Below, piece after piece: positions 53,173 to 64,000 of a stretch of 64,000 bases of DNA (position 1 is the stretch's first letter; the number at the start of each line of letters is the position of its first letter). Made by a program: the position numbers and the translations under genes. A model generated the notes under the pieces. That model was given only the letters and a program-made list of their open reading frames with translations. It ran no database searches and was not told where the DNA came from. Source of the DNA: Octopus sinensis. Taxonomy: Eukaryota. The stretch spans positions 93,682,001 to 93,746,000 of the forward strand of contig NC_043000.1 of NCBI RefSeq assembly GCF_006345805.1, written 5' to 3'.

Positions 53173-53355
53173 GGGAGAGTTTACGAAAAAAGCAAAAGAC
53201 GAAGACAGGGGGTGTACAAAACAAACAGATATATTAGTATAACGCTCAGGAATAGAAAAAGTCTTTTGCGTTTCGAGCCTACGCTCTTCTACAGAGAGGG
53301 ACACAGAAAAAAAGTAGAGAAAGAAAATGTGTGTAGTGGCTAACGATCTTTCAAA
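53173..53355 (-). mobile_element. Sister subfamily of the hammerhead-bearing short element
   Basis: Abuts (TA)n. It shares acgctcaggaa, gtttcgagc and gctcttc in the same order as 60947-61146. Confidence 0.6.
53263..53298 (-). ncRNA. Degenerate hammerhead-like motif
   Basis: CTCT-CTGTAGA-A-GAGC-gtag-GCTC-GAAAC-GCA-AAAG. Stem II is intact, but the core positions corresponding to A6 and U16.1 are changed. Confidence 0.4.
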
Positions 53356-54147
53356 TTAGTGATGCAGTGTGACCTTTGTTTGAACAAAAACCCGAGAATT
53401 TTGATTCGAGGCACCAATAGTTTGAAAAAATAGAAATGAACTATTATTACCTTGTATCCATACAGCTAAGTATATTTTATGCAAATACAGGCCTCCTTGA
53501 ATTTCCTTCTGGTTCAGAAAACAGCAATGGTGTTCAAAATGCTTCATTAATAGGTTTTATTGATCTATGTTTTAATGTATGTGTGTGCATGTCTATGTGT
53601 GAATATATGTATATAAGCTTATATGTATACATGAATATACAATTCTGTATATATACATGTGTGTGTCTGTAAGTGTACATATGTCTATATGTATGCATCT
53701 GCACAGCATAGGCAAAATGAACACCTGCATACACACTTGTTGTTCGTAAAAACATTAATTAAAAGTATTAATTGAAAGCATTACTTAAAAGTATTATTTT
53801 GGAACATGACTTAAACAGCAATGCAGTTTCACGACTTCGACTGTATGGAGTTAATGATGTAAATAATAATATTACCACAAGAACCAGAAATGAAACCAAA
53901 AACACAAGCTTGAAGCAGCTGTTTTTGCATGTGTCATTTACAAAGGTTTTAAATGAAAGAATGTAAGGATAAGAGATTCCTTCAAATTTTCATTTCATAT
54001 TTTAGAAAATATTCAGGCAGTGAATATTCTAAAGAAAGTCTGGCTAGGTTTACCAATGGAAATCAGAGCCTTTCTGTTATAATGTGTATGCATGCTAACA
54101 ATTCTGCCAGCTTGCCACCTTAATAAAAATAATAATAATAATAATAA

Positions 54148-54363
54148 TGGTTTCAAATTTTGGCACCAGGCCAGCAATTTCGTGGGAGGAGATAAGTTGA
54201 TTACATCGACTCCAGTACTCAATTGGTACTTATCCTATTGACCCCAAGAGGATGAAAGGCAAAGTCAACCATAGCAGAATTTGAACTCAAAACACAAAGA
54301 CGGATGAAATTCTTCAAAGCATTTTGCCCAGTGTGCTAATGATTCTGGCAGCTTGCTGCCTTA
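54148..54363 (-). mobile_element. SINE-B flanked by (AAT)n on both sides; a second head fragment lies at about 54095-54122
   Basis: ggtttcaaattttggcaccaggccagc...tttgaactcaaaac...ttctggcagcttgctgcctta. Confidence 0.88.
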
Positions 54364-54748
54364 ATAATAGTAATAATAATAATAAGAAGAAGAAGTTGAA
54401 GAAGTGTTATTTCACTTAAGTTCTTCCTTATTTTCAAATAAAGGCGTTGTAGTTTCACAGAAATATGGTAACATAGGGGTTAAATTCTGGCTCTAAAAGA
54501 GACCAACTCCCCACCCATCCACCAACTCACCCATTCGCTGCATGCACCTAATTTCCAGGGAGACATTTATTTATTATTTATTTAAGCAAAAATATTCAGG
54601 CAACTCTCAGTTTCTTTCTGTTTATTGGCTAACATGGCCTAGCAAACAGGATGGGACTTGTGCAACAACAGTTTGACATTTCAGGAGGTGAGTAAATGAT
54701 ATGATAATGTTGATGATCCCGATCACAATACATCTCTCTCTTCCCCCA

Positions 54749-54780
<32 letters not shown>

Positions 54781-55390
54781 GTTCTCCCGCTTCTGTCAAA
54801 ACAGAACATTCTTACACAACCACTGACCCACAGCCAACTAATGAACAAACCAGCCAGCCCCTCATTGTGTACTGTGTTGCTTTACAGTCTTGTCCTTGAT
54901 TTACCAATTCCAAGTTTTAGAATTTAAGACAATAAAACCTGCTATTGCAACATAGCATTAAATGCTAAGCACACATGTACTCACACCCACACACTCACAT
55001 GTCAGTGCGTGTGTGTGTGTGTGTGTTTGTGTGTGTGTCTGTGTGTGTGTGCGTTTGTGTGTGTGTCTGTGTGTGTGTGTATGCATGAGTACATGTGATG
55101 TATGTGTGTGAATGATTCTGTGTAAATTTACCATTGAATGTCAGTAGGTGTATGCTACATGTGGGTATGTACTTCTAAGAGTATAAAATTGATTGTGTGT
55201 ATAACATGTGCGTGCGTATGTATATATCTATACGTACATATATGTGTAAATATATATATATATATATATACATACATACATATATATATACTATATATAT
55301 ATATTACATACATATATTATATATATATATACATATATATATATACATACATATATATAATATATATATTGTATATATATATATATATAT

Positions 55391-55443
<53 letters not shown>

Positions 55444-55473
55444 TACATACTAGATATATATATATATATCATA

Positions 55474-55512
<39 letters not shown>

Positions 55513-55640
55513 TATATATATATATATACATACATACATACAATGTTATATATATATATATATTTACACATACATGTATAAATATATATATGTATATACA
55601 CATCTATATAAATATATATATATGAAATATACATACATAC

Positions 55641-55677
<37 letters not shown>

Positions 55678-55939
55678 TAAGTATATAGATATATATGTAT
55701 ATGAATGTATGTATGTGTATATATACATATATATGAATGCATATATATATATGTATGTATATATATTTATGTGTGTGTGTGTGTATGCACATATGTGTGT
55801 GTGTGTGTGTGGCTGTGATTTGTGTGCTTGCATGTGTTTAGTCTGAGCCAACAAGTCTTAGCATGTAAGCAGAGCAGATAAACAGGAAACCAGATACACA
55901 CTTATCATGCAATGTGACAGTCGAGAGAGAGAGCTTCGG

Positions 55940-56600
55940 TTTGTTCACCACCACCACCACCACCACTACTGTCACTGTCACTATCATCACCACCTCTACC
56001 AGCACCACTAACAGTCTTGTATCATTCCTACTGACCCCCCCCCCCCGGCTTGCCATCCTTGCTCCACTTCTCCTCTGCCCGCAACTATTTTGCTCATTGA
56101 TTTCTTCTGTCCTCTGCTGTTGTCTAAATTACCGCCATCACCTCTACATTCACTACTTTCTGCCCAACCACCACCACCACCGACAACAACAACAACAGCA
56201 CAACCATCACCTTTGCCATCACTTCCACCACCATCATTGCTATCACCTATTAGCACAACCACCACCACCACCAACGCCACTACCATCATCACGACTGCCA
56301 TCGCCCACGAGTACAATTACCACAGTCACCTACAAGCACAACTGCCACCATCACCACCATCAGCGCCACTACCATCACCACCACCATCATCACCTACAAG
56401 TGCAACCACCACCAACGCCACTGCCACCACCATCACTATCATCACCACCACTACTACTACAAGCAGCACCACCAATGCCACTACCATCACCACCACCACC
56501 TCCGCCACCATCACCAAGACTACTAGTGCAAACACCACCGTCACCATCATTGTTACAACTACCACCTCAGCCATCGCCACCACCACCACCCATCATCCAC
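55940..56600. repeat. Degenerate (ACC)/(ACT)/(ATC) trinucleotide tract
   Basis: Direct reading. It produces the T/P/H-rich ORFs at 55914-56629. Confidence 0.85.
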
Positions 56601-57095
56601 CTTCATGCAATGCCCCTTCTCTGAACTAGATCCTTGGATTAGTAAAGAGTGGTCAGAGAAATTCTTTCACAAAAGTTTACTCTTTTTTAAAAGATTATCT
56701 CACAAAAAACAAAATAATAAATAATAAATCAAAAAAATGTAAAAAAAAAACCATTACTGAAAACAACAAGAACAAATAAGATACCAATGTAGTGTGCATG
56801 TATGTATTTGTTTGTGTGTGTGTGTATATGTATGTGTGACATTGAAGATTTTGTGTGTGTATCTTTTGACTTCCTCTTCCGGTTATTTTTTAAAATTTAT
56901 TTTGGCTTTTTTAGTTTTGATTTTCGTTTTATTTGTTTTCCTTTGGCTAATTTCAGTCATTGAACTGTGGCCACACTGGAGCTTTTCCTTTAAGCCAGTC
57001 AGTTATATTGATGACAGGATGTAAACAGATAGGAATATATTTACCATTCTGGAAAACCAAACAGTCTCCTTGGGTGGAATTTTAAACCCGGAATT

Positions 57096-57256
57096 AGGTG
57101 TTGGCATGGTTGTTTGGTTAAGAGGCTTGCTTCCCAACAGTGTAGTTTCTGGTTCAATCACACTTCGTGGCATCTTGGACAAGGTATTTACTATAGCCTT
57201 GAGCCAACGTAATGCCCTGTGAGTGAATTTCGTTAACAGAAACTAAAAGAAACCCA
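57096..57256 (+). mobile_element. SINE-A 5' half, diverged
   Basis: ggcatggttgtttggttaagaggcttgcttcccaac...gtggcatcttggacaagg...aactaaaagaaaccc. Confidence 0.7.
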
Positions 57257-59340
57257 TAATATATGTATATATTCTCCTCCATTAATGCCTGTTTGTGCCT
57301 GGTACCCACATAAAAAATTTTCCTCTACTTCCAGGTGTGAGTATATTGGTGGGGCAATTCCACCCAATTTCAGAAGCACTGTTCTACTTAGTTCTGATGA
57401 GTAGGTGAAGTAAGGTCATGAGGGATAAATTGTTCTACCCAGGTACCCACCCAAACTTCATTTTCAATGGACGTAAACTTGTGATCTATGATCTGCTTGT
57501 GCAATAGCCTTATCTCATCCATTTAGTCTTTTCTGTTTCACATTCTCAGTTGCAGCAATCGCATCTTTATTGTCGATTATGTAGTCTTAAAATCTAAGAC
57601 TTGTGTGTGCCAGTTTCTAAAAAGATGGTGGGAGTGACTGAGGTTTGTTGAAAAGATAGCTCTGTGATATGTTTAGACAAAAGGGATCTCTCTCTCTCTC
57701 CTTCTCTTAGTTTAATGCATACTTTGCTGAAACACAGGTTTCTTTGTATTCATCTTTGTACTACACCTCATTGCTGTCATCATCTTCATCACCATCATTG
57801 CCATCTTCCTCATCAAGATCATCATTATCATCATGATCATCATCGTCACTATAATCATCAACATCATTGTTGTTGTTTTCATCATCATCATCCTCATCAC
57901 CATCATCCTCATCACTATCGTTATCGTCAATATGGTTGTCGTCTTTGTTAACATCATCATCACCATCATTATTTCCATTATCACCATCATCCCCAGCATC
58001 GTCACCTCATGATGATGATGATGATGATAATCATCATCATCATCACCACCGCTAATCCTTATAAGTCCTAACAATCAACCAGCCACTACCAGTATAGGGG
58101 AGCCAGCTGAATGCATTTCCAGTTTTACCCCTATCTTCATTGTTCATATTTCCAGATAAACCTCTATTTGTTTATTGTTCTGTCTTTGTTCTTCAACAAA
58201 CTAAATACTGTTGCTCATCTTTCATCCTTAGATTAAATTCTATGCATTTGTTTATTTATTTATTTATCTATTTTGTGTTTTCTTTAAATTATCTTATTAT
58301 CAGGCTTTAATCTACCCATCCCACCCACCCACAACTAGTCTTTATTCTAAGCAAGATATAAATTTTTTTTGTGTAAAACAAAGGCAAGAATGAAGAAATA
58401 CTCATCAGATATGAATTTCTTTCCATCAAAATAAGAATAGTTATCTGTTAATTTTGAAATTTATCTGTTTTTCTGTATTTGGTATGATAATGGATATTAG
58501 GATTTTGATTTAGTACAAATGAAGGGTGTCTGACTTCACAGTATTCCACACTGCAATGTAAATGTAAATATCTCCCAATACTTGAGAGACTTCAGGAACT
58601 ACTGCTCAGCCCCATTATCAGGAAAATCAGAGAAAAGTTTATAATTTCTTCAAGAATTTATTGTGAATTCACTGTGAACAAATTGTATTCCGTGTCAGTC
58701 TAGCTGTCTTCTTTCCACATAATGAATATGGAATGGTTGAAGGTGACTCATCCCCGTTCATCTGGTTTTGACCCTCTTGTTATCATAATTTCCAGTGAAA
58801 TACATTGCTTTATTTTTTTTGAAAATAATAAAGAATTTAGTAAAATAACTTTAGCTGGTATTTGCATCATAGATTCTTTTTAATTCTGATACAAGGCCAG
58901 CAATGGAAAGGTTCAGTTGATTACATTGACTCCAGAATTCCATCACAGTGATAGTTTCTTTTAATAACCCTGAAAGGATGAAAGGCAGTGTTTACTTTGA
59001 TGGGATTTGAATACAGAACATAAAGGGCTGGAAGAAATGCCACAAAGCATTTTGACCAACACACTAATGTGTTGGTCAGTTTATTCAGGGTTTGTTTATT
59101 TTCGTTGTTATTGTTGTTTTTTTTTCATTTTTGTTATATACCCATTTTATTTGTTTTAAAGATTTTTCTTTTGCATATTTTAAAAGGATTTACCTTTTTG
59201 ACACCATTCTGTCTGGGACCACCCCTGGTTCTATGATATAAACTTCATGCTTAAGCTTCTGTTACTACATTCCTGTTTAAATTTACTGCCGTTATCACAA
59301 TCAATTTTTGAAAATAATGAGGTATTTAGTTAAATAACTA

Positions 59341-59390
<50 letters not shown>

Positions 59391-59398
59391 GTTATTAT

Positions 59399-59590
59399 GA
59401 AGTGGGTGGCGAGCTGGCTGAACTGTTAGCATTCTGTCCATCTTTGTATTCTGAGTTCAAATTTCCCCAAGGCTGACTTTGCCTTTTGGAAGTGATAAAA
59501 TAAGTACCAGTTATGCACTGGGGTTGATGTAATTGACTTAACTCCTTCCCCTGAAATTGCTGGCCTTGTGCCAAAATCAGAAACCATTAT
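59399..59590 (+). mobile_element. SINE-B preceded by (ATT)n
   Basis: gggtggcgagctggctgaactgttagc...ctgagttcaaattt...aaataagtaccagttatgcactggggttgatgtaattgac. Confidence 0.88.
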
Positions 59591-59599
59591 AATCATTAT

Positions 59600-59892
59600 G
59601 AAGCTGATGTTTGGAACATAGATTAGCATAAAATTTTGCTTAAAGATTTTTAATTTAAATCACTCTAAAACAAGAAGTTTATATCATAGAACTTAGGGGC
59701 AGTGTCAGGCAAGTTGATCTCAACAAACTTAAAGTGATTTAAATTAAAACTGTTCATGAAAATTTCACAGTTTGTGTTCCAAACACCAGTTTAATAATGC
59801 CAAAATTATGTTGCTAAAACCTTCATTATTTTCAGAATTAATTAAAACAAAAGCCGCGTGTTTCAACAAAAATATGGTAACAAAAGGGTTAA
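59600..59892. mobile_element. Two piggyBac-like MITE halves in inverted orientation
   Basis: gtttggaaca...tttaatttaaatcactctaa faces ttaaagtgatttaaattaaaa...tgttccaaac. The segment ends aaagggTTAA at 59892. Confidence 0.6.
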
Positions 59893-60946
59893 AAGAATTT
59901 CACAAAACTGAATAATATAATGAAAAAGAAAAACAAAAACACAATCCACTGAATAATTTTCTTAATTGTTGCATTCATAATAGCAAATAAGTTTTTCTTA
60001 GATTTGTAAACAATACTGCTTAATCAAATGTTAAAAAGATAATTTTTTTCAAACGATGCAAACATACTTCTTTCATATTCCTCAGAGGAGTCTTAACGAT
60101 GGTACTTAATTGTAACCATTTTCCATGTAGTTTTGCACTTAGTTTAGTTGGAAGCAAAACAAACTGGAGTCCATAGAAATTAGTGTTGGTAGTCATCAGC
60201 CAGAATCAGTTAATATTACTTTCAATAGTCAATAAGTTTGTGTGCCAGGAGAAAGATATTTTAATTAGTTATTTTTACAACCCAATAGATTAGATGAGTT
60301 ATCTCAGTAATATAAGGAACACCTACTTTATAGGTTTCAGTGCTGCATGTCTTTTTTCCCCTTTTTTTTGTATTTTTGTGACTTATATTTATTTATTTAA
60401 TTTTTTCACCCTTGAGAAAGACACTTAGTTTCACAAACCTATGTTAATTAAGAAACTTTGTACTTTCATTCCCAGTTCTTTAAGTTCGTTAATTCATTAA
60501 TACTCTACTACAGAATGTTTGTATTGTGCTGATGAGCAAATTACTTTACTGTTGGCTTGCATTTTAGTTTTCCACACATAGACAGAAAACTTTAAATGTA
60601 CAGAGGATAAAGCAAAGAAATGAAATTGCATATAATGTCATTTGTGCTTTTCTCATTAGCGCTATATAGGGTACAACAAAAAACAAAAACTCAGATTCTG
60701 TTTTCTTTAAATGTCTCAGTAACATGGTGTGCACTAGTCCAAACCATGTCAGGAACTAAAAAAGAAAATGATGAAATATTAGCTACATGTGTTAAGAAGC
60801 TTGCTTCCCAATCCCATGGTTCTGGGTTCAGTCACACTGTGTGCCAACTTGGGCAAGTGTCTTCTACTATAGCCTCAGGTTGACCAAAGCTTTGTGAGTG
60901 GATTTGGTAGACAGAAACTGAAAGAAGTCTGCTGTATATATATATA

Positions 60947-61146
60947 GTTAATCCAAACATGAAAACACAAAGAGAAAACACAACATCGCGAGGACGTGGA
61001 ACAAGTATAGTATTATTGGACGCTCAGGAAAGAAGGAGGGTTTAATGTTTCGAGCGGAGCTCTTCATCAGAAACATAGGAAAAGGAAAGATCCAAAGACG
61101 GGAAGATGGAGGGAAAAAAATCGCCAATGGTACACACGTGGTCACA
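60947..61146 (-). mobile_element. ~200 bp hammerhead-bearing short element (copy 2)
   Basis: Runs gttaatccaaac...ggtcaca between TA tracts. It has the same termini as 48834-49045. Confidence 0.8.
61040..61074 (-). ncRNA. Minimal hammerhead-like motif
   Basis: GTTT-CTGATGA-A-GAGC-tcc-GCTC-GAAAC-ATT-AAAC: canonical CUGAUGA and GAAA, with stems I and II paired. Confidence 0.6.
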
Positions 61147-62327
61147 TTATGTATATATGTATATATTTGTGTGTGTGTCTTTGTGTCTGTGTTTGTCCCC
61201 TGAAACTTAGCAGTTAGGCAAAAAGAGACTGATAGAATAAGTACCAGGCTTACAATGAATAAGTCCTGGGGGTCTTTGACTAAAAGGCAGTGCTCCAGCA
61301 TGGCTGCTGTCGAATGACTGAAACAAGTAAAAGAATAAAAGGATACATGGAAACATCATTTCAACCTACTTTGCTTCATTAGTATCACACCAATGGCTAT
61401 GTAAATATAAAGGGGTGGTTTACTGTTGCACCTTTTATGCATAGTGAAACAGCTTCAGCTGGGAACACCAACTGGGTCATGGCCTTAGTTCCCTAAGACT
61501 TTAGCTTTTCTGTACAAGAACTCTGCTTACTTGGCTAGCAGATATTAAACAAGCTGTATTACAAGTGAATAGATCAAGTAATCATAATGATGATTTGGAT
61601 AAGAATTTAGTTTCTGCAAGAGCAAAAGATGTTGTTTTAACTGTATTACAATGCAGGCTCTGACAAGTTTTTGCCTGATATGAGGGGAAACCTGGCTGGG
61701 AATTAATACTAGTGAGGGCAGGTATTTTCAAACAATATTAAAGCTAAGGATAAAAAGCCACTTGATTAGCAATCTACAGTGCAGTGTTATTGCAAAACTA
61801 AAAAAAAAAAATTAAATAGTTTATTAGACTATCTTCTCTAATTAAAAAAAGACGATGACAAAAGTTTATCTTGTCTACTCGGACTAAGTTGTTGGATAAC
61901 AAAGCGAGAAAATGCAAGTTTGTTTCCACTTTGCTGGCAGTGCGTGTTATCTTAGCTCACCTGTCAGGTGTCAAAATTTGTGGAGATAGATTTTTTAAAA
62001 TGTCTCATCCTAAAATTATATTACCTAACCTAATATTGTAACCTACTTTGATAAATTATGGGTTGGATAATTAATTTGTTAGTTAGCTACTGAACCATCT
62101 TAAGGCATAGGATTACTGGATGGTTATTTAAAAGCCTGATGGATCTAAGGTCCCAATTCTCATCTATGAATGCTGCATATAGGATCCAGGGCACTGATTT
62201 GCTTGGGGTTTTTGTTACTGCTAAGACAGCCCCGGTTAGTTAATTATTTAGCTAGATAAATGTTATTGTATAAGGTATTTACTCAGGCTGATGTGAGATG
62301 CAGCTTTCAAGAGAGGAGACTAATATT

Positions 62328-62532
62328 GGTTTCACATTTTGGCACAGGTTCAACAATTTTGGTAGAGAGGGCAGGTTAATTACATTGACCCCAGTACTCA
62401 ACTGGTACTTATTTTATCAACTCCAAAAGGATGAGAGGCAAAGTCAACTTCAGTAGAATTTAAACTCAGAATGTAAAACGCTGCTAAGCATTTTGGTCAG
62501 TGCACCACCGATTCTGTCAGCTCGCCTCCTTA
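62328..62532 (-). mobile_element. SINE-B
   Basis: ggtttcacattttggcac...ttgaccccagtactcaactggtacttatttt...ttctgtcagctcgcctcctta. Confidence 0.85.
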
Positions 62533-63290
62533 GATGAGGCTAATATTATCAAATGACTACTCTTTAGTTGAATCGAAAGTTATTGTTAATAAATAGACAA
62601 AAAATATCCATGTTCTGTATGTTTATGTATGCATGTTTGTGTGCATGTGTTTATATATTTATATATAAATATCTGTTAATTTCTACATTTAATTTTTTTG
62701 TGCCAGTAAGGGTAGTACTTTTAATTGCTAATGCTTAGAATAATATTATAAATGTCATTATGCCCACAGTTGATGAAAATGATGGTCATTTCATAATTCT
62801 ATACCCATTCTTAGAAACCTTAAGATCTGGGAAATCTGGGACCTATAAGAGAAGTCATCATCACCTCAACTATTTAACTTATTCTTTTATTTTCTATTAT
62901 AATTGTTGTTTTTTTTCATCTTTTTGCATCCCGATGATCTTCACCATTACTGTTAACTCAAATAGAAATTACAGCAATTTCAAAATTATATATAAAAAAA
63001 AAGGGGGGAAGAAAAGCAGAACTGGACATGGTTACACACATTTTTTAATATATATTCACACCTTTATAAATATATATGTGTGTATGTATACGTATATGCA
63101 CTCACATACATATGTATATACTTATATATATCTACACACATATACGTATACATAGCAATGTACACTTACATATATATGTATATATATATATATTATATAT
63201 ATATATATATATATAATGTATATATACATATATATGTGTATGTATATATATATATTTACATATATATATGTGTATGTATATATGTATATG

Positions 63291-63326
<36 letters not shown>

Positions 63327-63526
63327 ATATATATATGTATATACATATAATTACCCATATATTTATATATACATACACATACGTACACATGCACACATGC
63401 ATTATTACTCTTCTGAGACCTCCAGAATTAAATTCAAAATAAAAAAAATAAGATGCAAAGTAAATAAAAAAAATAAACAATATAGCATATAAAAAAGCAA
63501 AAAAATTCTATCTTCGCTCCTCTCAG

Positions 63527-63571
63527 GTGACATTCTTCTCCGTTCTTTTGCAGAGTATCGATTGGCCTCAG
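63527..63571 (+). CDS. Candidate 45-nt internal exon, product unknown
   Basis: Acceptor ttctatcttcgctcctctcag and GC-type donor CAG|gcaagc. It is phase 1-1 and reads (G)DILLRSFAEYRLAS(G). No homology is recognised. Confidence 0.28.
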
Positions 63572-63960
63572 GCAAGCTTTCGTTTTTAATTTTTTTTCTT
63601 TTTTCATTCTTTCTTTCGATTCTCTTCATTTCTTCATTTCTCTATTTATTTATATATTTATTTATTTCATTTATATATCTTCATTCCTGCAACAACAACG
63701 ACAACACTATTTTATTCCTTTTTAAGAATACAAAAAAAAAAAAAGAAATTAAAATTAATAATAAAAAAATAAATTGCATTCTCCTTTCACCTTTATTTAT
63801 TTGATTAATTTCTTTTATTTTTTTTAAGTAACGAAGCTTTTTCTTATTTTTTTATTTTACTTTTCACTCACCTTATTTTCTTTCTCTTCCTCTTTCTCTG
63901 TATATATATATATATATATATGTATGTATTTATATATATATGTATGTATATATATATATG

Positions 63961-63992
<32 letters not shown>

Positions 63993-64000
63993 TGTATGTA

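Larger units (their letters stand above)
60785..61340 (+). mobile_element. SINE-A split by an insertion in its internal TA linker
   Basis: The 5' half (to about 60935) and the 3' half (from about 61165) are collinear with intact copies. Confidence 0.85.

Noticed and set aside
55914-56629. Mucin-like Thr/Pro-rich ORFs
   Set aside because: Several frames on both strands are open only because of the ACC/ACT repeat. No convincing splice boundaries were found.
61530-61615. Strong minus-strand acceptor (cttttgctcttgcag) and donor (caa|gtaagc) pair
   Set aside because: All three frames contain stops. The opposite-strand 52-codon open stretch lacks a start or clear donor.
636-63804. The many I/Y/C/V/H/T-rich ORFs in the supplied track
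   Set aside because: They are translations of (TA)n, (TG)n, (CA)n, (ATT)n and (CAT)n repeats, which lack stops in several frames. They show no domain-like content.

Overview
AT-rich, microsatellite-saturated animal genomic DNA. The repeat families and TA/CA/AAT/CAT microsatellite load resemble a coleoid cephalopod, most likely Octopus; this is pattern recognition, not a database result. There is one 100-N scaffold gap (37909-38008). No intact protein-coding gene can be supported: almost every ORF in the supplied track is a translated microsatellite, and only a few short splice-flanked exon candidates remain, all low confidence. The window is mostly intronic or intergenic and is dominated by four short retroposon families that I label SINE-A to SINE-D, TTAA- or TA-flanked MITEs, and decayed LINE fragments (CR1-type RT, an RTE-type zinc-finger tail, and two restriction-like-endonuclease LINE 3' ends in (AAT)n). 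The most interesting signal is a set of ~200-260 bp non-coding elements sitting in (TA)n tracts that carry minimal hammerhead-ribozyme motifs of the Penelope-associated type. Two of them are nested antisense, with the same boundaries, in the internal TA linker of SINE-A copies. Repeat boundaries are read by eye and are approximate unless a motif position is quoted.
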